NCBI GenBank assembly: GCA_964597815.1 | Contig: CAZQZN010000001.1 | Coordinates: 151,965-215,964 of the forward strand | Direction of reading: 5' to 3' | DNA: 64,000 nt | Source: an uncultured bacterium | GTDB lineage: Bacteria; Margulisbacteria; WOR-1; JAKLHX01 | Shown here: in pieces, positions 41,330 to 49,821 of the stretch | Layout: each line of letters starts with the position of its first letter | How positions within the stretch are numbered: the stretch's first letter is position 1 | Position numbers and translations under genes: made by a program | Notes under the pieces: generated by a model | Database searches by the model: none | What the model saw: only the letters and a program-made list of their open reading frames with translations | What the model was told of the DNA's origin: nothing

Positions 41330-42069
41330 TGAAGCTAAAAGGGCAAACGGCATTTATTACCGGGTCAGCACAAGGAATAGGGAAGGCAATCAGCCAGTTG
41401 CTTGCGCAAGAAGGGGCAAATATTGTTGTCTCAGACGTTAATTTGGAATCAGCATCAGCTACTGCTCAAGAAATTAAATCCAATTTTTTAGTTGAAGCAA
41501 TTGCAATAAAATGCAATGTTGCCATATCAGCAGAAGTTTCAGAAGCATTTAAGAAAACCATTGAGCAGTTTGGGAGAATAGATATTTTAGTCAATAATGC
41601 TGGAATAACAAGAGATTCTTTAATTATGAGAATGAAAGATGAAGATTGGGATGCGGTTATTAACGTTAATTTAAAAGGGGTTTTTAATGGCATAAAAGCT
41701 GTTGCTCCAATCATGATGAAACAAAAATATGGCAGAATAATAAATATCGCTTCAATTGTTGGGCAAATGGGAAATGTGGGACAGGCAAATTATTCTGCTT
41801 CAAAAGGTGGAGTGATAGCTCTTACAAAAACTGCTGCAAGAGAACTTGCTTCAAGAGGAATTACTGTTAATGCCATAGCTCCTGGATTTATCGATACAGA
41901 CATGACCAAGGTTTTGCCGGAAGAAGTAAAAGGTAAATTGAAAGAACAAATTCCGATGGGGATTCTTGGGACCCCCCAAGATATTGCTAAAGCAGTTTTA
42001 TTTCTTAGCTCTGATGCTCCTTATATCACAGGGCAGGTTATTGCTGTAAATGGTGGAATGTATATGTAA
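41329..42069 (+). CDS. fabG: 3-oxoacyl-ACP reductase
   Basis: TGSAQGIGKAI Rossmann; NAG; YSASKGG catalytic triad. Confidence 0.9.
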   Translation: MKLKGQTAFITGSAQGIGKAISQLLAQEGANIVVSDVNLESASATAQEIKSNFLVEAIAIKCNVAISAEVSEAFKKTIEQFGRIDILVNNAGITRDSLIMRMKDEDWDAVINVNLKGVFNGIKAVAPIMMKQKYGRIINIASIVGQMGNVGQANYSASKGGVIALTKTAARELASRGITVNAIAPGFIDTDMTKVLPEEVKGKLKEQIPMGILGTPQDIAKAVLFLSSDAPYITGQVIAVNGGMYM

Positions 42070-42151
42070 ATTAATTGTCTTGACGGTTTCTTCCATAACT
42101 TTTAGAAGTTATAATATAATAAATTGTAAGAAAGGCAGGTGAATGGGTAAA

Positions 42152-42397
42152 ATGGATGAAAAGGAAATATTTGAAAAAGTAAAAAAAGTGGTGGTTGAAC
42201 AACTTGGTGTCAGCGATTCTGAAGTAACGGAAAAATCATCTTTCGTAGATGATTTGGGGGCAGATTCTCTAGACACGGTTGAGTTAGTTATGGCTTTAGA
42301 GGAAGCATTTGGGCTTGAAATCCCAGATGAAGAAGCTGAAAAAATAAAAACAGTGGGCGATACTGTAAAGTATATAATGTCCCACGCGAAAAACTGA
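42152..42397 (+). CDS. acpP: Acyl carrier protein
   Basis: [18 protein letters not shown] with the phosphopantetheine Ser. The start is taken at the second ATG (RBS aggtga 9 nt upstream); the track's ATG at 42143 abuts the RBS. Confidence 0.9.
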   Translation: MDEKEIFEKVKKVVVEQLGVSDSEVTEKSSFVDDLGADSLDTVELVMALEEAFGLEIPDEEAEKIKTVGDTVKYIMSHAKN

Positions 42398-43371
42398 TGA
42401 AATTGCCAACATTAAAAATTGGAAATCTTTTAGCCAAAATTCCAATAATTCAAGGTGGTATGTCCATAAGAATTTCTGGCGGGAAATTGGCTGGCGCTGT
42501 TGCAGCTACTGGTGCAATTGGCGTGATAGGAGCATCCGGCCTTGAACATGAAGAATTGGCCAACGAAATAAAAACGGCCAGAGAAATAGCAAATGGCGGC
42601 ATAATCGGGATAAACATACTCTATGCCGCCACCGATTTTTTGGGGATTGTAAAAACTGCAATAAAAGAAAAAATAGATTTTATAACTTCCGGTGCTGGAT
42701 TTTCCCGAGATCTTTTCAAAATTGGAAAAGAAGCCAATGTTCCAATAATTCCTATTGTGTCTTCAGGCAAACTCGCAACTCTTGCTGAGCAACTTGGAGC
42801 GGCTGCTATAGTTGCTGAAAGCAAAGAAGCCGGCGGTCATCTTGGAACTCTGGAAAAGACAACCGAACAACTCTTAAAAGAAGTAAAGTCCTCTGTAAAA
42901 AATATACCTGTTATTGCAGCTGGTGGGATGGCTGATGGTTATGATATAGCGAAAATGTTAAATTTGGGTGCTGATGGAGTTCAGCTTGCCACAAGGTTTA
43001 TTATCTCTGAAGAGTGCAATGCAGCACTTCCTTATAAAATGGTTCATGCAAACACAACTAATCCAAATGATGTGATAATAATAAAGAGCCCTGTTGGTAT
43101 GCCCGGTAGAGCCATAAGAAACAAGTTGACAAATGATATGTTAAAAGGTATTTATCCTCCAATACCATACTGTGACAACTGCCTTAAATTTTGCTCAAAA
43201 CAATATTGCATTTTCGATGTTTTGAAAAAAGCCCAAAAGGGTGATATCGAAAATGGATTGATTTTTACGGGAGAGAGCATTTCAAAAATTAAAGATAAGG
43301 TTATAAAACCTGTTGCTGAAATTATCAGACAACTGGTCAAGGAGGCAGAATTAGCTTATGTTGGAACGTAG
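42397..43371 (+). CDS. fabK: Enoyl-ACP reductase II (FMN-dependent NPD/FabK family)
   Basis: IIQGGMSIRISGGKLAGAVAATGAIGVIGASG... TIM-barrel NPD family. Confidence 0.82.
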   Translation: MKLPTLKIGNLLAKIPIIQGGMSIRISGGKLAGAVAATGAIGVIGASGLEHEELANEIKTAREIANGGIIGINILYAATDFLGIVKTAIKEKIDFITSGAGFSRDLFKIGKEANVPIIPIVSSGKLATLAEQLGAAAIVAESKEAGGHLGTLEKTTEQLLKEVKSSVKNIPVIAAGGMADGYDIAKMLNLGADGVQLATRFIISEECNAALPYKMVHANTTNPNDVIIIKSPVGMPGRAIRNKLTNDMLKGIYPPIPYCDNCLKFCSKQYCIFDVLKKAQKGDIENGLIFTGESISKIKDKVIKPVAEIIRQLVKEAELAYVGT

Positions 43372-44602
43372 AGTAGTTGTTACAGGAGTTGGCGCTGTAA
43401 CTCCTATTGGTATAGGAAAAGAAAACTTTTGGAATGCATTAAAATCAGGGAAAAATGGAGTTGGCAAAATTTCTTATTTTGATCCTTCGCCTTTTGATAC
43501 CCAAATTGCTGCTGAAGTAAAAGATTTTGATCCTTCAATATATTTGGACAAAAAAGAGGCAAGAAGACTCGTTAATTTTATTGTTTTTGCAATTGCCGCT
43601 TCGAAGATGGCGTTAGATGATTCTGGTTTAGAAATAAATGAAAGCAATGCGCCGAATGTCGGTGTTTTAATTGGTTCTGGGATAGGAGGCCTAAAATTTC
43701 TTGAAGAACAGTCAAAAATTTTGTGTGAAAAAGGCCCTTCAAGGTGTTCCCCATTTATGGTGCCTCTTATGATAAATGATATGGCAGCTGGAATGGTGTC
43801 AATAAAAACAGGGGCAAAGGGCCCAAATAGCTGCACGACAACCGCATGTGCTTCCGGCACTAATTCAATTGGAGATGCTTATGAAATAATAAAGAGGGGA
43901 GCAGCCGATGTTATGATAACCGGTGGCACAGAAGCTGCTATTACACCTCTTGGCATTGCTGGATTTTGTGCCGCACAAGCACTTTCAAGAAGAAATGATT
44001 CGCCTGAGAAAGCGTCGCGTCCATTTGATGCTCAAAGAGATGGCTTTGTGATGGGAGAGGGAGCAGGGATTGTAATTTTAGAAGAGTTAGAACATGCAAA
44101 AAAACGCGGGGCACAAATTTATGCTGAAGTTGTAGGATATGGGATGAGCGGTGATGCATTTCACATGACTGCGCCTCACGAAACTGGAGACGGGGCAATA
44201 AGGGCTATGAAAGCCGCGATTAAAAATGCTGGCATTTCTCCCGAAAAAATTGATTATATTAACGCTCATGGCACATCGACTCAATTAAACGACAAGCTGG
44301 AAACTCTTGCTATAAAAAAAGTATTTGGAGAATATTCAAAAAAAATTGCAATCAACTCAACAAAATCAATGATTGGTCATCTCTTGGGTGCTGCTGGTGG
44401 TGTTGAATTTGTCGCGATGGTTCTTTCAGTAAAAAATGATTTTATTCACCCTACAATAAATTATGAATATCCCGATCCAGAGTGCGATTTGGATTATGTG
44501 CCAAATGTCGGAAGAGATCAAAAAATCAATTATGCTATGAGCAATTCTTTTGGATTTGGCGGACATAATGCTGTCATAATTTGCAAAAAATTCAACGCCT
44601 AA
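43358..44602 (+). CDS. fabF: 3-oxoacyl-ACP synthase II
   Basis: Active-site Cys (TTACASG) and the characteristic INAHGTST and KSMIGHLLGAAG His motifs. Confidence 0.9.
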   Translation: MLERRVVVTGVGAVTPIGIGKENFWNALKSGKNGVGKISYFDPSPFDTQIAAEVKDFDPSIYLDKKEARRLVNFIVFAIAASKMALDDSGLEINESNAPNVGVLIGSGIGGLKFLEEQSKILCEKGPSRCSPFMVPLMINDMAAGMVSIKTGAKGPNSCTTTACASGTNSIGDAYEIIKRGAADVMITGGTEAAITPLGIAGFCAAQALSRRNDSPEKASRPFDAQRDGFVMGEGAGIVILEELEHAKKRGAQIYAEVVGYGMSGDAFHMTAPHETGDGAIRAMKAAIKNAGISPEKIDYINAHGTSTQLNDKLETLAIKKVFGEYSKKIAINSTKSMIGHLLGAAGGVEFVAMVLSVKNDFIHPTINYEYPDPECDLDYVPNVGRDQKINYAMSNSFGFGGHNAVIICKKFNA

Positions 44603-46638
44603 TTCTGAGCATTATTTTTAAAAACCAAACTAAAAGTAGTCCCTTTTTCAATTTCGCTTTCAACAGATATTGCTGCGTTGTGTTCATTGGCAAATCTAAA
44701 AGCTATAGCGAGTCCTAATCCTGTGCCATGTTCTTTTGTTGTAAAAAACGGATCAAATATTTTCCCCAGCATTTCTTTTGATATTCCTTTTCCGGTGTCA
44801 GAAATTTTAATTATAACTTCTTCATCTTTTTTTTCAGAGTGTAATGACAATATTCCTCCATTTGGCATTGCGTCAATAGCGTTTATAAACAAGTTTAATA
44901 GAACCTGCTTCATTCTGTTTTTGTCAGCCAATACAATATGATCCTCGCTTGTTTGATTTGTTATGATAATATTTTTTCCTTTTGCCAAATCGCGCACAAG
45001 AATTATTGTTTCTTCTGAAAGTTCTTTTGGGTTGATTTTCTCTATTACAGGAGTGGATTGTTTTGAATAGTCTTGAATACCTTGTAAAATGAGTTTTATT
45101 CTTCTTATTTCATTTTGGAGCAATACTGAATAATTGTCCAAAAATTCTTTATTATCAATTTGATGTGGGAGAAGTTGCGAAAAAATTGAGACAAAAGTCA
45201 AGGCATTTTTTACTTCATGCGCAATGCCAGCTATAACAACACCCAAACTTGCCAATTTTTCAAGTTTTAATGATTTTTCAAGAGATTTAATTTTTTGTTT
45301 ATATCTAATGGCGTTATCAATTCCGGCAGCGGTTTGATTTGCCAAGGTTTCAAAAAGCTGAATTTCTTCATCTGAAAATGGTGTCATATCTTTTTTGCAG
45401 TCAGAAGCGAGAAATCCCAAGAGTTTTTGTTCTTCACCACCAAAACAAGGAACAAGCAAAGTTATGTCCTTGTCAAAAATATCTATTTCCTCTTTGACGA
45501 TTGATGATTTTGTTTTTATTAATTCTTTAATAGTACTGTTTTCTTGAGAAATAAATGTGCCTTTAAGCTTTGTCAAAGAACCTTTTGCACTTGTGCAAAT
45601 ATATGCTGAGCATTCCTCATCTATGATAAAGGTTGCAACACCGTTCAATTTCAGAGTTATTGACGATGTATTGGTAATAAATTTTGAAAATTCTTCAATT
45701 GTTCTGAGTTTTTTGATTTTGTGCGAAAATTTTACTGCAATTTTTTCTGCCAAGAGCTTTGTTTTGAAAAATGTTTTATCAATAAATGAAATAGAAAAGT
45801 TCATAAGCGGGTAATATGCTATTGAAGCGATAATCAGAAATGGAAGAGTGCCCCAAAAAGAATTTAGATTTATAAACGGCAAAGATATATTGCTTGTAAT
45901 AAACATTATTGAGAAAAATATGACAGTAAACAAAACTGTTGAAACAGAATATAAAACACTTTTCCTGATGAGCATTTCAATGTTCATAAGCCTGTATCTT
46001 GTTATGGCATATGTTGTGAATGAGACAAATATTACTGTTGCAGAAGGACCAATAAAATTCAGTTTTGAAGTGCCTAATAGAGGAAGAATCAAATTGGTTA
46101 TTATGCCAATTAATGTTGAAATAACCATGCCAAAGAACATATATGATAATTTTGCTTTAATTAATGGTGTTGAAATTTTATATTTTTTGTATAGGATAAA
46201 GAATCCCACGATCACAAATGAAACGAAATATATTGCAAAAATGCTGTTGCCAATCCCATAGGCAACTTCTCTGTCAAAGCTGTTCACAGATTTTACAATG
46301 ATATCGGTTGGAATCATCGGTAAAAACAAAAGCCATGGTGAAAATATCGCTAATATATGCCATATTCCAAATGGTTTTTCTTTTTCAGAAAATAAAAATG
46401 AAAAATATAAAAAAGAGGATGGGATTAAGATTGGTCCGAGGAACATTAATCTTGCCCAAAACAAAGGATAGTTTGTCTGCCAAAACATAAATGTAGCAAA
46501 ATTCCAAATTGCGACTCCAATAATAATTGTAAATAAGGACAAATTTAAATGTCTTTTTGGCCCGTTTTTTAAAACAACAAAAGCCAAAAATAAATTTAGC
46601 AAAAATGCTGAAAATAGTATTAATGTTTTGAACATCAT
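44599..46638 (-). CDS. Sensor histidine kinase HK1, with N-terminal 7TM receptor-type membrane domain (HisKA_7TM-like), middle GAF/PAS-like region, DHp and HATPase
   Basis: Seven hydrophobic helices in the first ~300 aa. H-box IAHEVKNALTFV (His codon at 45218-45220). N/G1/G2 boxes LFINAIDAM, DTGKGI, GTGLGLAI. No receiver domain. Confidence 0.85.
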   Translation of the reverse strand: MMFKTLILFSAFLLNLFLAFVVLKNGPKRHLNLSLFTIIIGVAIWNFATFMFWQTNYPLFWARLMFLGPILIPSSFLYFSFLFSEKEKPFGIWHILAIFSPWLLFLPMIPTDIIVKSVNSFDREVAYGIGNSIFAIYFVSFVIVGFFILYKKYKISTPLIKAKLSYMFFGMVISTLIGIITNLILPLLGTSKLNFIGPSATVIFVSFTTYAITRYRLMNIEMLIRKSVLYSVSTVLFTVIFFSIMFITSNISLPFINLNSFWGTLPFLIIASIAYYPLMNFSISFIDKTFFKTKLLAEKIAVKFSHKIKKLRTIEEFSKFITNTSSITLKLNGVATFIIDEECSAYICTSAKGSLTKLKGTFISQENSTIKELIKTKSSIVKEEIDIFDKDITLLVPCFGGEEQKLLGFLASDCKKDMTPFSDEEIQLFETLANQTAAGIDNAIRYKQKIKSLEKSLKLEKLASLGVVIAGIAHEVKNALTFVSIFSQLLPHQIDNKEFLDNYSVLLQNEIRRIKLILQGIQDYSKQSTPVIEKINPKELSEETIILVRDLAKGKNIIITNQTSEDHIVLADKNRMKQVLLNLFINAIDAMPNGGILSLHSEKKDEEVIIKISDTGKGISKEMLGKIFDPFFTTKEHGTGLGLAIAFRFANEHNAAISVESEIEKGTTFSLVFKNNAQN

Positions 46639-47207
46639 ATTTTCAAAATTTTAACAAGTTTTTTTATTAAATTTGCTCTTCTCACATTTTTTTGATCTTT
46701 TTCGTAAGAAGAATTGTTATCGATATCCAGCGCCATTGCGCATGCTTTGCCGACATCATAAAAGTCAAACTTTAGCAAAGTATTAAATCCAAATTTTTTG
46801 TATAGTTCTATATTTTCTGATTTTCTCTCCAACGAAAATATCACGATTCTTTTTGCCCCATGTTCCTTAGCGTATTCATAAGCCAAAACCATAAGGCCAA
46901 GAGAAACGAACCCTTTTCTTTCTTCAGGCAATACCGCCAATTTTTGTATTTCTGCCATTGGTTTGTCTTTGAACTTTTTAAGGTCAACGAATTTTTCTAT
47001 CGGAAGATTTTCTGTGCCGGTTACAACTGTTATGACGCCAATAATTCTATTTTCTTTTTTTGCTATAAAGTGGGTTGAGGTTTTGTCAAAAGAGCTTGTT
47101 ATTGCTTCTTTTGGATAATGATCTTCATTAATGAAGACCTTCTCTCTAATGGCGATAATATCTGATAAATTTTTGTCGCCTTTTATTTGTTCAAATGTAT
47201 AATCCAT
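46635..47207 (-). CDS. GNAT-fold acyltransferase (possibly N-acyl amino acid synthase / LuxI-like subfamily; the subfamily assignment is tentative)
   Basis: IAIREKVFINEDHY...FD...H pattern and QKLAVLPEERKGFVSLGL resemble the R..VF..E/D..FD core of N-acyl synthase GNATs. 190 aa. It overlaps the HK1 start by 4 nt. Confidence 0.55.
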   Translation of the reverse strand: MDYTFEQIKGDKNLSDIIAIREKVFINEDHYPKEAITSSFDKTSTHFIAKKENRIIGVITVVTGTENLPIEKFVDLKKFKDKPMAEIQKLAVLPEERKGFVSLGLMVLAYEYAKEHGAKRIVIFSLERKSENIELYKKFGFNTLLKFDFYDVGKACAMALDIDNNSSYEKDQKNVRRANLIKKLVKILKI

Positions 47208-48010
47208 TATTTATCTACTATACCGCTTACTAATATACCTTGTCCAGCATATACTAATTTAGATTTTACTTCTTTAAAGCCGTTTTTTGATAAAAGATCC
47301 TTTATCTCTTCTCTAGAAAAGTATTTATATGCCCCTTTCTTTTGCTTATTGTTAATTATTTGGTTATAAAATAACATTTTGATTGTTGGCAATATAAGCC
47401 CAAATGCCTTAATAAGAGATTTTAGAAGTCCTAATTTTTTTCTGCCTATTCTTAATGTTTCAATGTATATTTTTTTTGGATCAAATCCTTTTTTTAAAGT
47501 TGCAATAATAAGTTTGCCTCCGGGTTTTAAAATTCGGTGGGATTCTTTAAGAGCGGATTCTCTTCCTTTGTCGCTTAAAATATAGAAAACATTTATGGAA
47601 ATAATTCTATCAAATGTATTTGATTGAAATTTGCTTTTTTTGCTAATATCTCCAAATTCTATTTTTATGTTTTCTGAAAAGATTTTTTTTTGTGCTATTT
47701 CTAATGCCTCCGGTATAATATCTATCCCAATATATTCAATTCTATTTTTTTGCAAAAGTGGTATAAGATTTCCAGTCCCGCAACCAGCGTCCAAAACCTG
47801 CTGATCAGCATCTAGTTGTGCCTCTTGAACAACTTTTTTCAGTAATGTTTGATAAGAATAAGATTCGTTGAGCACGTCATAGACTTTGAAATAATTCTTC
47901 CAAAAATTTTTTCCAAGGAATTTCTTGCTGAAATTTCTAAAAAAACTTTTTATAGAAAATCTTTTTCCAAACATATTTCTAATTTTCCAAAATAAAAGCA
48001 GTTTTATCAA
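47207..48010 (-). CDS. Class I SAM-dependent methyltransferase
   Basis: Motif I VLDAGCGTGNL, motif post-I IGIDI, motif II/III region. A likely alternative start is Met13 (nt 47974). It overlaps the GNAT start by 1 nt. Confidence 0.8.
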   Translation of the reverse strand: MIKLLLFWKIRNMFGKRFSIKSFFRNFSKKFLGKNFWKNYFKVYDVLNESYSYQTLLKKVVQEAQLDADQQVLDAGCGTGNLIPLLQKNRIEYIGIDIIPEALEIAQKKIFSENIKIEFGDISKKSKFQSNTFDRIISINVFYILSDKGRESALKESHRILKPGGKLIIATLKKGFDPKKIYIETLRIGRKKLGLLKSLIKAFGLILPTIKMLFYNQIINNKQKKGAYKYFSREEIKDLLSKNGFKEVKSKLVYAGQGILVSGIVDK

Positions 48011-48020
48011 TTATTAATAA

Positions 48021-48040
48021 ATATCCAATATTTTGGATAT
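48021..48040. promoter_or_regulatory. Perfect 8-bp inverted repeat ATATCCAA-TATT-TTGGATAT in the divergent control region between the two operons (candidate operator)
   Basis: Read directly from the sequence. It lies just upstream of the minus-strand MT gene and 160 nt upstream of the plus-strand reductase gene. Confidence 0.3.
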
Positions 48041-48146
48041 TTTGTCAATTGTAGAACTAAAAGGCTTATTCAGCTAGTTGTTTCTTGCGGGTTAAGGAAG
48101 TAAATAGAAAAGCTGATACTAATTACAATTGGATTGATCCATTTTT

Positions 48147-48175
48147 TTGCTTTATCAAACAAAAACGGCTATAAT
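48147..48175 (+). promoter_or_regulatory. Sigma70-like promoter (TTGCTT-17 nt-TATAAT) for the reductase-thioesterase-HK2 operon
   Basis: -35 at 48147-48152 and -10 at 48170-48175. The -10 ends 24 nt before the ATG at 48200. Confidence 0.45.
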
Positions 48176-48199
48176 AGAATAAACAAAAAGGAATAGTTT

Positions 48200-49393
48200 A
48201 TGAAAATAGCCATTACTGGTGTTACAGGATTACTTGGAAGGAATTTATTTTATGAAATTTTAAAGCAAAACTTAAACAATACGAATATAAAAATATTTGT
48301 TTTTGGCAGAAATCAAGGGAGCAAGTCTTTAAAACAAAGATTGATAGATGAGATAAAAAATGATGGCAGAATGTATCTTGGTATAACGACCGAACAAAAA
48401 TTAAAGAATTTTTTTGAACATTTTGAAGAAGTGATAAGGCCAGTTCATTTTGATCTGGCAAAAACTGATTTGGGAATTTCAAATCAAGATTTTGAGGAAT
48501 TAAAAAAACAAAAAATAGAGAAATTTTTCCATCTCGCGGCGCTGACAGATTTTCGTGTAACCCCCCTTATTAAAAAAAAATTAGATGAGGTAAATGTTGA
48601 AGGAACAAAGAAAGTAATAAATTTAATCGGAGAGATTGGAGTCAAACACTTAATTTTTAGTGGGTCTGCATATTCTGCTGGAATGACAAGCGGTATTGTT
48701 ATGCCGGATTGCGCAAATCCAATGGGAAAATTCAGAAATTATTATGAGCAAACAAAATTGATTGCTGAGGATGCGATCAAAGAATTTTCTAAGGAGAGTA
48801 AAATCAATTATCAGATTTTTCGCTTAACCGGAATTGGAGGCCGCTTAATTGAACAGCCTATTGGGCATGTTAGCAAATACGATATATTTTATGGATGGAT
48901 GATGTTTTTCTTTAAGCAGCGATTGTCTTCTCTAGGAGAGAAATTTTCTAATTACAATGAACCGCTAGAAATAAATGTTAGAATTGCGCTTAATAAAAAA
49001 GGTGGGATGAATGTTGCTCCTGCCGATTATGCGGCAAAAATAATGTACTTAACTTCAATTTTTGGCAATTCCAATGAGAGTTATCATATCGTAAATGATA
49101 TTGATATTCCAAATCAAAGATGTGTGGAGTTAATGTTGGAAGCATTAAATATAACTGGTTGGCAAATTGTCGATGATATTCCAAAAGAGAAAAATAAAAT
49201 TGAGCGGTTTTATTATAAGAGTGTTGGTGATATCTTTACTCCTTATGTAATGACTGATAAAATAGTTTACAATATAGACAATCTTGAGAGTATAAGAAAA
49301 AAATATAAAATCGAATGTCCGCCTATGACAGAGGACAATTTCAAAAAGTTGTTAAATTTTGCTAAAGAAAATAATTTTGGAGTAAAGATTTGA
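48200..49393 (+). CDS. Thioester-reductase-type SDR (fatty acyl-CoA/ACP reductase-like, NAD_binding_4/'male sterility' domain)
   Basis: ITGVTGLLGRNLFYEILKQ...IKIFVFGR...KQRLIDEI...VHFDLAKTDLGISNQDFEELKKQKIEKFFHLAALTDF reproduces the GxTGFLG...CLVR...GDL...LGL...HxAA pattern of terminal thioester reductases. Confidence 0.72.
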   Translation: MKIAITGVTGLLGRNLFYEILKQNLNNTNIKIFVFGRNQGSKSLKQRLIDEIKNDGRMYLGITTEQKLKNFFEHFEEVIRPVHFDLAKTDLGISNQDFEELKKQKIEKFFHLAALTDFRVTPLIKKKLDEVNVEGTKKVINLIGEIGVKHLIFSGSAYSAGMTSGIVMPDCANPMGKFRNYYEQTKLIAEDAIKEFSKESKINYQIFRLTGIGGRLIEQPIGHVSKYDIFYGWMMFFFKQRLSSLGEKFSNYNEPLEINVRIALNKKGGMNVAPADYAAKIMYLTSIFGNSNESYHIVNDIDIPNQRCVELMLEALNITGWQIVDDIPKEKNKIERFYYKSVGDIFTPYVMTDKIVYNIDNLESIRKKYKIECPPMTEDNFKKLLNFAKENNFGVKI

Positions 49394-49821
49394 AAGAAAA
49401 TATTTTTCAAAAATCTTTTACGGAGGAATTTATTGTTCATCTGTCTGACACTTCTTGTTATGGGATGGCTTTTTATCTTTCCTATCACAAATGGATTGCA
49501 TCCACAAAAGAAAAATTTTTTATAAAGAATGTTCCTCAATTTACGCAAATGTTTTCAAATGAGGGAATAAAGTTGATAGTCCTTGAAAATTACTTAAAGA
49601 TTTATAGGGAACTCAATTTGCATGAAGTAGTTAAAGTAAACCTTGTCTGTTCAGAAATAAAAAGGATTAAGGTTAAATTGAATTATCAATTATTAAACTC
49701 CGAAAATCTTTTGGTTGCTGAGGGTTATGATCGGATTGCTTTTGTGGACAGTTTTGGGAAGCCAATCATGCTGCCGGATAAAATTATGTTTGCGCTAAAA
49801 AAAATTCTTGTTGATTTATGA
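49390..49821 (+). CDS. Hotdog-fold (4HBT/YbgC-like) acyl thioesterase
   Basis: F.VHLSDTSCYGMAFYLSYHKWIASTKEKFF ... IAFVDSFGKPIMLPDKI matches the 4HBT layout (D-x-D/T...aromatic Y, C-terminal '...lP.e'). It overlaps the neighbours by 4 nt on both sides. Confidence 0.62.
   Translation: MKENIFQKSFTEEFIVHLSDTSCYGMAFYLSYHKWIASTKEKFFIKNVPQFTQMFSNEGIKLIVLENYLKIYRELNLHEVVKVNLVCSEIKRIKVKLNYQLLNSENLLVAEGYDRIAFVDSFGKPIMLPDKIMFALKKILVDL

Noticed and set aside
42070-42151. Stem-loop ATAACTT-TTAG-AAGTTAT between fabG and acpP as a terminator or attenuator
   Set aside because: The stem is all A/T, so it is very weak, and it has no following U-tract. It is more likely to be part of an internal promoter region for acpP, so I did not report it as a feature.
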